IMG/VR virus record: IMGVR_UViG_3300030419_006158
Coordinates: 1-53,939 of that record
Strand: one strand, 5' to 3'
DNA: 53,939 nt
Source of the DNA: a virus
Lineage: Duplodnaviria > Caudoviricetes
The notes beneath the pieces were generated by a model. It saw only the letters and a program-made list of their open reading frames with translations. It ran no database searches and was not told the DNA's origin. A program made the position numbers and the translations under genes. Shown in pieces: positions 45,925-53,939 of the stretch. Position 1 is the stretch's first letter. Every line of letters begins with the position of its first letter.

Positions 45925-46134
45925 ATGAATTCGAATATATTAAATTTCATCAATACCCTATCAATAGAAGGTCACACTCTACAGATCACTAAAGAAAGAG
46001 ATGAGACTAGAGCGCTTGCTAATGGAGGTATTGTTAGTATTAAAGTTTTGACCTTCGGTAAATTCGCAAAAGTAGTGAAAGAGATAGTATTTGCATTTGA
46101 TAATGATACTGGTGAATTACAATACATGGATTAA
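45925..46134 (+). CDS. Early small protein, FxFxxxTGxL family
   Basis: C-terminal FAFDNDTGELQY. Confidence 0.55.
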   Translation: MNSNILNFINTLSIEGHTLQITKERDETRALANGGIVSIKVLTFGKFAKVVKEIVFAFDNDTGELQYMD

Positions 46135-46143
46135 ATTATCCAA

Positions 46144-46377
46144 ATGCGTAACAAAACAGAACACTTTAATAATTTAATTAGACTACTGAAAGACGTTATT
46201 CCAGTTTCAGAAGGCAGTAGTGTGCGAGGAGATAAAGCTCCAGATGGCTATCAAGTTGTTATTGAAGATAAAGTCGATCTTGACTCTACAACAGTCAAGA
46301 TCCCGGAGGTTGAAGTTAGTTTTAACTTCTGTAACAAGACTGGTAAACTCCGTTACATAAACAATTGGCAGGAATAA
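46144..46377 (+). CDS. Early small protein, FxFxxxTGxL family
   Basis: C-terminal FNFCNKTGKLRYINN. Confidence 0.6.
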   Translation: MRNKTEHFNNLIRLLKDVIPVSEGSSVRGDKAPDGYQVVIEDKVDLDSTTVKIPEVEVSFNFCNKTGKLRYINNWQE

Positions 46378-46860
46378 ATGGTAGTCAGTCGTTACAGTAA
46401 TCACGATGGTAGATATCACGTAGGTGTAAAAATGAAATTAAGAGACAAAATATATCAGACAGGAAATACCTGTAGAGAGGGATCAGTTAAAAAGATTGAA
46501 AAGACATGGGGACAGGAATTGTGGATTGTAAACGATGAAGTAAATGATTACTGTGGTAAGATTTTAACTATCAATCCAGGTGAAGGTACTTCTTTACATT
46601 TTCATTCTCTTAAACATGAAACATTTCTAGTAACAGAAGGTACACTAGACATTATTATTGTTGACACTGAAACAGCGAAAAGCGAATTAATTCGACTTGA
46701 AGAATATGATTCATATATAATTGAAAGAAATGTACCTCACAGACTACAATCTGTTACTGGGTGTAAGCTTTTAGAAATAAGTACGTACCACAGAGATGAA
46801 GATAGTTATAGGGTTTTCAACGGCTATGAGGACTACCTACTCCTTACGAGAAATGTTTAG
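46378..46860 (+). CDS. Cupin (mannose-6-phosphate isomerase-like) protein; start may be 46432
   Basis: K.WG.E.WIVN...YCGKIL...SLHFH..K.ETF.V..G...PH.L...E.ST.H...DSYR. Confidence 0.85.
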   Translation: MVVSRYSNHDGRYHVGVKMKLRDKIYQTGNTCREGSVKKIEKTWGQELWIVNDEVNDYCGKILTINPGEGTSLHFHSLKHETFLVTEGTLDIIIVDTETAKSELIRLEEYDSYIIERNVPHRLQSVTGCKLLEISTYHRDEDSYRVFNGYEDYLLLTRNV

Positions 46861-47167
46861 ATTACTTACAATATTATTACTCAGCAGCGTCGCGCTTACT
46901 GCAGCACCAAAAATAGAAATAAAGCGCGTACATCAAAAAGTAGTTGAAGCTACAGGTCAACCATATGGGTCACCAGGTGGTATCTATTTTAAATATACTG
47001 GCTTAGAGCCTTTTATTATGTATGCACTTCAGTATTCTCATGATATGGAAACATGGACAGATTTATACAATTTTGGTACTGTTGGTGATAACACTACCTC
47101 ACCATTATTTCACTGGTATGAGTTACCTCCTAGTAAGTGCTTCTTCCGAATAATTATGAAGTGGTAA
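46853..47167 (+). CDS. Secreted small beta-domain protein
   Basis: Signal peptide; YALQYSHDMETWTDL...FFRI C-terminus. Confidence 0.6.
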   Translation: MFRLLTILLLSSVALTAAPKIEIKRVHQKVVEATGQPYGSPGGIYFKYTGLEPFIMYALQYSHDMETWTDLYNFGTVGDNTTSPLFHWYELPPSKCFFRIIMKW

Positions 47168-47213
47168 TCCTCTCTAGCTCAGCTATAATTAATGCGTTGT
47201 TAGGATAAAAATA

Positions 47214-47474
47214 ATGAAACCAGCAAATCCATATTTTAGATCTCAGATGAACATGACATACTTTGAGAAGTTATTAGATGTTCTTCAGAATATAGAACCA
47301 AACACGACCAAGTTCCGATCAAAGGATGAATATAAGATTGCGTATGACAGAGATACAAACCTTGATGGAACGAAATCTAAGTACGTTTACATTGACGTAC
47401 CTTGTGAGGATTTGTCGTTTGCCTTCTTAAAAAAGACAGGCAAGTTAGCATTCATAGTAAACTACAAACAGTAA
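47214..47474 (+). CDS. Early small protein, FxFxxxTGxL family
   Basis: C-terminal FAFLKKTGKLAFIVN; TATAAT at 47184 and GCGTTGTTAG leader. Confidence 0.6.
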   Translation: MKPANPYFRSQMNMTYFEKLLDVLQNIEPNTTKFRSKDEYKIAYDRDTNLDGTKSKYVYIDVPCEDLSFAFLKKTGKLAFIVNYKQ

Positions 47475-47609
47475 TGACTAGTCCATATTACGATACGTTA
47501 AGGACAATGAACATAGAAAAGCAGAGAAAAGAATTACTTAAGAAGTGGAAAGAGCTACCCGAGCCAAAACCTACGTGGGAATCTTTTAAGAGAAGAAGTC
47601 AATTTAAAA

Positions 47610-47816
47610 ATGACACTACAAGAAGCAATTAGAATTGGAAGGGGAGTAGACATGACGACTATTGAAGAGTGTGTGGATACTATTCATACTTTCGCTCCTC
47701 AATTGTTTCCATACTCTAAGATAAATGAAGAGCTTACTGAGTTATATGAAGAGTACGACAATTATAAAAAACATCCTGAGACATGGATGGAAGCTCTATG
47801 TGGAATTAAATCATGA
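47610..47816 (+). CDS. Hypothetical protein
   Basis: 68 aa ORF. Confidence 0.55.
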   Translation: MTLQEAIRIGRGVDMTTIEECVDTIHTFAPQLFPYSKINEELTELYEEYDNYKKHPETWMEALCGIKS

Positions 47817-48073
47817 ATAGTATATTAAAAATAAGTGGTTGTCTATTGCTGTTAATGCTATGTAGTTGTAAGTCAACTGACAGACAATATGACAATATAA
47901 ATACGTCTTATCGCTATTACGTCATAGACACTAATAGTGATGTACCTGATGCTTATTTTAAAACATTTGAAGAAGCATCAACGTATGAAAAAGAGTTTGC
48001 TGAATATCATGATTATGTTATTGTAAAGATTGATAAAACATACAACGTATATAATATGGAGTTTTTAGAATGA
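47813..48073 (+). CDS. Small lipoprotein
   Basis: LLLMLCSC lipobox. Confidence 0.6.
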   Translation: MNSILKISGCLLLLMLCSCKSTDRQYDNINTSYRYYVIDTNSDVPDAYFKTFEEASTYEKEFAEYHDYVIVKIDKTYNVYNMEFLE

Positions 48074-48447
48074 CTATCAAAGATGTAAGAGCTAAATTAA
48101 ATGCAATCAATAAAACTATTGACGAGCACCTAGACTTCTTGCTAGAGGTAAGACGAGATGAACAGCTTTATAAAGAAGACATAAAGGAAATTGGTCAGAT
48201 GGCTGATGATGTCTTATCTACTCTTGCAAAACATAGTGACCTTTTGCACGAACCAGCTGGAGATGAAAATGAATGGGCGTGTGAGAAGTGTGGTAAGAGC
48301 ACATTTGAGACAGATTATGATTATCTAGTGCACCCTAAGCTACATTTGGAATGTGCATTAAATGATGAAATTAACGTAGACAAGAGTGACTGGGATGGAT
48401 TTGCAGAAGAGCTACAAAATACAGACTCTGGACATCAGCCGAGTTAG
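48070..48447 (+). CDS. Hypothetical protein with CxxC...HxxC
   Basis: CEKCGKST...DYL....HLEC. Confidence 0.6.
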   Translation: MTIKDVRAKLNAINKTIDEHLDFLLEVRRDEQLYKEDIKEIGQMADDVLSTLAKHSDLLHEPAGDENEWACEKCGKSTFETDYDYLVHPKLHLECALNDEINVDKSDWDGFAEELQNTDSGHQPS

Positions 48448-48521
48448 CATAATTAATTGTATGGAGTACATACTCTTAATTGTAGCAGGATGGTTTTGTT
48501 GGATGAGTATAGTATTAGTTA

Positions 48522-48704
48522 ATGAAAAAAAAGAACGACAGAGACGAAGACGACAATAAATTTATTCCTAAAGAAAAACCTATATTGAGTAATCAATTTA
48601 TTCGGCGGGATCGGCAAATGGGTTATGTTGCTAACCCTAACAATCCTTTTGTTCCTCTAACGATAGAGGATGCACTAGCTCGACAAGAGAAGAAAGATAA
48701 ATAG
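48522..48704 (+). CDS. Hypothetical protein
   Basis: 60 aa ORF. Confidence 0.5.
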   Translation: MKKKNDRDEDDNKFIPKEKPILSNQFIRRDRQMGYVANPNNPFVPLTIEDALARQEKKDK

Positions 48705-48706
48705 TT

Positions 48707-48961
48707 ATGATGTACGCAGAATTCACTGAATTAATTACCGGGGGTATTCAACAAGGATCAGAGCGAAAGCTTGTTATTAACTTAGATAAAGTTATTGCTT
48801 TTAGAGCTGAGACTCGATCAGATGGAGCAGTTTTAGAAACTCGACGAGGTGATGTACACGTTAAGGAAACATACGATCAAGTAAAGAATTTGTTTAATAG
48901 TAGAAATGGAGTACCTCCTGTATTGTTACCGGCTGTACCTCCGCAAGACTCAGTAACATGA
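48707..48961 (+). CDS. Small beta protein, FlbD-like
   Basis: INLD.V...V.ETY.QV; similar to 26164-26385. Confidence 0.5.
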   Translation: MMYAEFTELITGGIQQGSERKLVINLDKVIAFRAETRSDGAVLETRRGDVHVKETYDQVKNLFNSRNGVPPVLLPAVPPQDSVT

Positions 48962-49488
48962 AACCACAAATAATAACACAAGATCATATTAGAGAGCTTA
49001 TACCACCTGTTGGTACACTACCTAAAGGAAAATTAAGATATGTCTTGTTTTCTGATAGTAGCTATTCTATGTTCACTGAGACATTTTTAACTCGAGACGG
49101 TTTTACAGGTTTCAAGAAGTGGCTTAATTTTTGTGGTATAGAAGCGTCTGGTCAAAAGCTATATTGGAAGCGTAATTATGATTGTGATAATTTGGCTAAT
49201 GCTTTTAAGACGTATATGAATTTGTTACATGCAAAGGCTAATCCTTTTTCGTTTACAGAGGGGTTTAAGACAGGTAAATCAAATGAGACTTCAGCTGAAG
49301 GTGTTGCTATAGGTGTTGTTTATTTTGAAATGAGAAATAAAAAATCAGCTAGTCATCATGCAATTAATGTAGCAGTGACAAATGGTCTCAGAGGAGACCC
49401 TACGCTTATCTACATAGAGCCTAATGGTGCTGGTAAAATTAAATTAACTAAAAGAGAAAGAGAGTCGATATGGTACGTAAACTTCTAA
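48958..49488 (+). CDS. Papain/transglutaminase-like protein (MOA lectin C-terminal-like)
   Basis: YDCDNLA...HAIN...IEP, a Cys-His-Glu arrangement. Confidence 0.6.
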   Translation: MKPQIITQDHIRELIPPVGTLPKGKLRYVLFSDSSYSMFTETFLTRDGFTGFKKWLNFCGIEASGQKLYWKRNYDCDNLANAFKTYMNLLHAKANPFSFTEGFKTGKSNETSAEGVAIGVVYFEMRNKKSASHHAINVAVTNGLRGDPTLIYIEPNGAGKIKLTKRERESIWYVNF

Positions 49489-49585
49489 AAAAATTATTTA
49501 AATTTAAAGAAGAAGAAGATATTCAAGAAGAGCTCTTCCCTAAACCCGTTTATGTGTACGAAGACGGTGATGATGATTCTGATTG

Positions 49586-50491
49586 ATGAATATTGCTATA
49601 TGTATTAGTGGTGAACCTAGAATGTTCACCCATTTTCAAGAGAGTGCAAATGCATTTAAAAAGCAATGTGAAGATAATAATATTAACTTACATATTTTTT
49701 ATCATTTATGGGATCATGTTACTAGGAGACAACGTAACTATAAATCTCAAGATCCTATAATAGAGAATGTAAAAGAAGAGGATGTTATATCGAACATACC
49801 TGTAACTGCAGGAGTGTTTGAGAGCAAAGACTCTTTAAATGACGATATTGATTATATTTGGAATCATATATGTAATCTACCTGGTCGTCCTGGGCGCAAA
49901 TCGACATCTAAACACGCACGAGCTCCACGATACGATAAGAAAGAAATATTACAAAATCAAATTTGGTACACAAATACTCCTGGATATTCTCAAATGGCCA
50001 GCTTATGTAAAAGTAATCTTATAAGAATAGAGTATGAAAAAGCAAATAATATTCAATACGATTTAATTATAAGAACTAGAACAGATGTAGAATTTAAGTG
50101 TAACAGTATTCCTTACTTAGTAAAGCTTATAAACGATAGTAATCATTTTAGTAAAAAGATTTTCTTTCCTTTAATAGAAGTATGGAACACTAGATCTGAA
50201 TTGCAGATAATTCCTGAGTTTTGTTTTTTTCTTAGTAATTCGACAGTATTAAATGAAAATATTTTTAATGATTATTGTAAGAAAATTACCTCTGATATGT
50301 TTTCTTATGATAGTGCCTCTAATGATCGATTGCGCATTCTCAATGATCACACTGTTTTTGTTAATTTAATTCTTAACAATATTAAAATTAAGTTACAGTC
50401 AAATCTCGAAGCAAAAGGATTTAAGTATAAAATTCATCAACTACCAGTTGAATATAATAACGAAAAGGTTGAAAAATATAGTAATTACTAA
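49586..50491 (+). CDS. Glycosyltransferase-like protein (paralog of 33564-34511)
   Basis: NIAICISGEPR, FYHLWD, YDLIIRTRTD. Confidence 0.6.
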   Translation: MNIAICISGEPRMFTHFQESANAFKKQCEDNNINLHIFYHLWDHVTRRQRNYKSQDPIIENVKEEDVISNIPVTAGVFESKDSLNDDIDYIWNHICNLPGRPGRKSTSKHARAPRYDKKEILQNQIWYTNTPGYSQMASLCKSNLIRIEYEKANNIQYDLIIRTRTDVEFKCNSIPYLVKLINDSNHFSKKIFFPLIEVWNTRSELQIIPEFCFFLSNSTVLNENIFNDYCKKITSDMFSYDSASNDRLRILNDHTVFVNLILNNIKIKLQSNLEAKGFKYKIHQLPVEYNNEKVEKYSNY

Positions 50492-50494
50492 TTT

Positions 50495-50662
50495 ATGAAT
50501 AACAAAATACCACTAGAAGACATATTAGCCACTATTGATAATTGGAAACTTGAAGCTAGTTCAAGTTATAATGATGGTTGGGTCGTTAACGGCTATAAAG
50601 AAAAGCTTGAATTACTTCGACAACACTTGGAAATCAAAGAAGAACCAAGGTTAATAACCTAG
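50495..50662 (+). CDS. Small protein with S.YNDGW motif (55 aa, not in ORF track)
   Basis: W..EASS.YNDGW....Y. Confidence 0.6.
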   Translation: MNNKIPLEDILATIDNWKLEASSSYNDGWVVNGYKEKLELLRQHLEIKEEPRLIT

Positions 50663-50695
50663 CCTAGCATAAATATTTATTAAGGAAAAGGTAAT

Positions 50696-51481
50696 ATGTC
50701 TACAATAACAGCAGGATCTCTTTTTAACAGGGAACAATTAGACAGAGAGATAGAAAGAATAAAATCAGATACTACGCTTAGCCTTACAGATCCGTCGGAT
50801 TCGTTAAGTGAGCTAGAACAACTCCGTGATGATGCAATTAGCGTTCAACAAAAAGTAGAACAGGGGTTAGCAGCACCTATTGACGCTGATGATGCTGCAC
50901 ATCGCTTAGCTCTTCTTAAATTATCAGGAGATGTAATAGCAAATATTAACGCTGAGATTGGTGGTCAATCACCACCCCCGACGATGCCTCCAACTGCAGA
51001 CCCTCAATGGAGGGGTACTGGTCAAGCAACCGCAGCACGAGTTAGAGATCAAGGGTATGGAGCAGATGCTGCAGTTCAACAGAACTCCGTACAAACAGAC
51101 CCTTCTAATCTAACTGAAGCTTATAAAGTTATTAAGACTAAAGAAGACATAGCATCTGGTATGAACCATAATGCTGTTGAACCAGATATTGAAAATGATA
51201 AAGAATTAATTAAAGCTTATTACGAGTTAGTTAATTCAATGAATGATAGAATAGAAGATACTTATGAAGACCAAAAAGAGGTAGACATTCAAACTGGTGA
51301 AAATACTCCTCCTATTAAAATTAAAGTGTTAGGTTATTGTAAATCACCACAAGTAAAGGCTGCTAAAGCTCAAGAAGACGCAACTAGTATCAGTGGAGCC
51401 CTTCCCCCAACTGATAACATTCCAGGGTACGCTGAAAGTTATATGAAACACTCAACCGCTAATCCTAAGAGATTCGGATGA
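50696..51481 (+). CDS. Late hypothetical protein
   Basis: TAAATA at 50670; acidic helical protein. Confidence 0.65.
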   Translation: MSTITAGSLFNREQLDREIERIKSDTTLSLTDPSDSLSELEQLRDDAISVQQKVEQGLAAPIDADDAAHRLALLKLSGDVIANINAEIGGQSPPPTMPPTADPQWRGTGQATAARVRDQGYGADAAVQQNSVQTDPSNLTEAYKVIKTKEDIASGMNHNAVEPDIENDKELIKAYYELVNSMNDRIEDTYEDQKEVDIQTGENTPPIKIKVLGYCKSPQVKAAKAQEDATSISGALPPTDNIPGYAESYMKHSTANPKRFG

Positions 51482-52569
51482 TGGAGTCGTTTACAAAAAG
51501 TCTTGATAAAATCTATTATAATTTAGATGAACGGGAAGCAGTATATACTGAAGCTTTATATCGAGGAGCGGATCCTGAATTAGATAAGAGAGCGTCGAAG
51601 GTCGGTTTTTATGCTGGTCTAGCAGCAGCAGCTCTTTATCTCGGATACCCTGAGGTAACTAAAAGATCACCACAAGAGAATAAAGTTCATGCCGCACAAA
51701 CATATAATGATGCTTTGTTCAGCGCTGAACTTGCTCGTAGAAAGAGTGTAGAAGGTATTCTTGGTAAGAAGGAAAGAGATGAACTCTTCGAAACAGCAAA
51801 AGAAATTGCTGCTATAATCTTTCAATTCCCTGAAGAACAAAGAGATGAAGTTTTTAACAGTGTCGGTGTGGTACCAACTAGCCATCGCCATGGCTGGGAT
51901 ATATCAAATAAAGACCATACTTCTGTTGAAGCATATCTTCAATCATCAATTATAAGAATTTATAATCATTATCTAATAACAAACTGGGCAAAAAACGAAA
52001 GTACTATGAATACATTTAAAACATTTGAAAAGGAAGTATCCAGCTGGATCACAGAGGCTGACAGTAAATTTGATCAAGATATATTTAATATATTATCTGA
52101 CATGGAAGCTCAGCTTGAGACGGGTGAGTATTCTCAAGAAGAGACTGTTGATACTGTCAGTGACCGACTTCAGTCGGAATTAGGTAAAGAGATCTCTACT
52201 GAAGAAGGAGCTCGTATTGAACAAAAGGTTGAAGACTTTTATGGTATGCTAGGTCTCGAGGCTATCCCAGCTGATAGGCGATCAAGAGATTATTTGCTTC
52301 AACAGACACCTGCTCCAGCTGAACCATCTAAATCCTGGACCACAGGAACCAATGTAGCACCCAAAGTAGAAGGGCAACCATGGGTACATAGTGATGATGA
52401 TTTTATAGAGTTTTTAAGGTGGTTAGTTAAGAAAGAAAATGACGAAGGTGATCTTCAATTCAGTGCACAAACTATTGTTGATGTAGTAGAAAGACCAGAC
52501 AAGTATCAATCCGAGTACACAGATTTTTTAGATTGGAAGCAAAGAGTAGATAATGATCCGTACCTATAA
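51478..52569 (+). CDS. Late hypothetical acidic protein
   Basis: 363 aa; hydrophobic AGLAAAALYLG segment near the N-terminus. Confidence 0.65.
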   Translation: MMESFTKSLDKIYYNLDEREAVYTEALYRGADPELDKRASKVGFYAGLAAAALYLGYPEVTKRSPQENKVHAAQTYNDALFSAELARRKSVEGILGKKERDELFETAKEIAAIIFQFPEEQRDEVFNSVGVVPTSHRHGWDISNKDHTSVEAYLQSSIIRIYNHYLITNWAKNESTMNTFKTFEKEVSSWITEADSKFDQDIFNILSDMEAQLETGEYSQEETVDTVSDRLQSELGKEISTEEGARIEQKVEDFYGMLGLEAIPADRRSRDYLLQQTPAPAEPSKSWTTGTNVAPKVEGQPWVHSDDDFIEFLRWLVKKENDEGDLQFSAQTIVDVVERPDKYQSEYTDFLDWKQRVDNDPYL

Positions 52570-53228
52570 TGAACTTTAAAAATTATCATACACTTAGTGA
52601 AGCATTTGATAAACCGTACTCTTTCAAGACGGAAAGAAGAGACGGTGGTGGTCTTATAGCATATACATTTACAGTAGATGACGCTGATGATCCATATCCA
52701 ATAGAAGTCGCCTTTGCTGCAGATACAATTCTTAGTAATTATATTAACAGAAGTTCCATAGATTACTATGATGTGTATGTTTCCGAATTTTATCCAGAAG
52801 CTCTTAAACCAAGTAATGTAACTGTTACAGAGCTTGCGTTTACTGATCTTGAAACAGGTCTCCTAACTAAGAATATGAGATCTGGTCACAAAGCAACTAG
52901 AACTATTGGAACTATTCTGTACATAGTAGCTCATTATCTTATAACTAGAGCTCCTCAGGTTCTTATGTTTACCGGTGCGAAGGAAGAAAATAGAGGTAGA
53001 ATATATGATACCCTGATCCGGTATGTAATGAGCAGCGGTAAGTTTGCTAATTACTTTTATTTTAAAGAAGATTATAAGAATGATACTCGTTTTTGGGTAT
53101 TTGATAGTGAACAAGTACCTTATATGGACGACGAACAGTTTCAAGAATTCATACAAATCCAATTGACCTCACCGGACGCTGGGTCTCAACAAGCACATGA
53201 TGTTCATCAAGCACGATATGGTACTTAA
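52569..53228 (+). CDS. Hypothetical protein with capsid-targeting-like N-terminus
   Basis: MNFKNYHTLSEAFDKPY; R..GT...P..L.FTGA....R...Y. Confidence 0.65.
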   Translation: MNFKNYHTLSEAFDKPYSFKTERRDGGGLIAYTFTVDDADDPYPIEVAFAADTILSNYINRSSIDYYDVYVSEFYPEALKPSNVTVTELAFTDLETGLLTKNMRSGHKATRTIGTILYIVAHYLITRAPQVLMFTGAKEENRGRIYDTLIRYVMSSGKFANYFYFKEDYKNDTRFWVFDSEQVPYMDDEQFQEFIQIQLTSPDAGSQQAHDVHQARYGT

Positions 53229-53371
53229 ATGTCAGATGAAAAAGACAACGAGGTTGACTATCATGAATTATACAGACACACTAAACGCAAACTTCTCAGA
53301 CGGGATTATGTTCTACTTACCCTCGCCTCAATCTTCATAATTATTATATTTTTTATATACATGTCACGCAT

Positions 53372-53566
53372 ATGATCCAAGTAAACCTACGTAAAGATGA
53401 ATCTATCGATAAAGCTCTTAAAAAGCTTAAAAAGAAATTAGATAGAGACAACATACTCAAAGAATGTCGAGATAGACGATATTTCGAAAAACCATCAGCA
53501 AAAAAAAGACGTAGATTAAAAGAAGCTAAGTTCAAAGCTATGTTAGACGCACGTGATTTTGACTAA
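53372..53566 (+). CDS. rpsU: 30S ribosomal protein bS21
   Basis: V.LR..ESID.AL...KK......IL.E.R.RRYFEKPS.K.R. Confidence 0.93.
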   Translation: MIQVNLRKDESIDKALKKLKKKLDRDNILKECRDRRYFEKPSAKKRRRLKEAKFKAMLDARDFD

Positions 53567-53574
53567 ATAATTAT

Positions 53575-53939
53575 GTGAAATCATTTGTCGATTTTATTAA
53601 CGAGGCAGGAAAGTTTCCTACGGTTACATTAACTCAACCTCATTCGCATACTCGTCCAAGAGCAGGAAAGCGGTTCCGTAAGGTAAACAAAGACCCCAAA
53701 AGACTCAATCAACAACGAGATCTAAGAGATCAAGGCTATCGCTGGGATGATGAAAAGAAAAAATGGGTTAAAGGCACTGCTCCTGTCAGTGCATCAACCG
53801 TGGAGTCTAAACAAGCCAAGTACATTGAAGAAGCCAAAAGAGGTCGTGAGAGTTATGAGACACGTAATCCAGATTTTGTTAATGCTTTATTAGATATTTT
53901 TTCTGCCCTCCAAGATCGAAACCTAGAAAAAGGAATGAC
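53575..53939 (+). CDS. Late hypothetical protein, 3'-truncated
   Basis: GTG 5 nt after TAAATA (53564); MKSFVDFINEA; open to the window end. Confidence 0.6.
   Translation, partial: MKSFVDFINEAGKFPTVTLTQPHSHTRPRAGKRFRKVNKDPKRLNQQRDLRDQGYRWDDEKKKWVKGTAPVSASTVESKQAKYIEEAKRGRESYETRNPDFVNALLDIFSALQDRNLEKGM

Noticed and set aside
33564-50491. Diversity-generating retroelement or recent duplication behind the paralog pairs
   Set aside because: No reverse transcriptase, and the paralogs are similar only at the protein-motif level
3116-53535. Many short overlapping or antisense ORFs in the track (e.g. 3116, 3690, 9750, 11359, 29643, 31842-32223, 34537, 37472, 40199, 53353)
   Set aside because: They are shadows of well-supported genes or tRNAs on another frame or strand
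1-53939. Stop-codon reassignment
   Set aside because: Recognisable genes are full length in the standard code and end in TAA, TAG and TGA

Overview
An AT-rich, gene-dense 54-kb segment of a large T4-like (myovirus-type) bacteriophage genome using the standard genetic code. It runs from the 3' part of a class II ribonucleotide reductase to a phage-encoded ribosomal protein bS21. Two promoter classes are visible: many T4-type late promoters (TAAATA/TATAAATA) and sigma70-type early promoters with an almost invariant 16-bp spacer. Most promoters sit only 5-8 nt upstream of the start codon, which implies leaderless mRNAs. The window is almost entirely accessory. It holds a holin and a lysozyme-LysM, a set of proteins with T4 capsid-targeting-like N-termini (nucleotidyltransferase, PD-(D/E)xK nuclease, ligase-fold protein), a large glycan-modification gene set, tRNA-Leu(UAA), tRNA-Thr(UGU), a RadA/Sms-like ATPase, dCMP deaminase and a thermonuclease. 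Several genes look captured from a PVC host, most likely Verrucomicrobia subdivision 3 (inference from protein style). The most unusual items are: a late-expressed ankyrin-class III nucleotide cyclase fusion with non-canonical specificity residues; a pair of pseudopilin-like genes, one ending in a CxxCH heme motif, plus dispersed type II secretion-like parts; a ~300-nt structured ncRNA candidate with its own promoter and a boxA-like element; a DUF2589 gene pair; and an orphan Xre/MbcA antitoxin-like domain. All family assignments come from motif recognition by eye; no database search was run.
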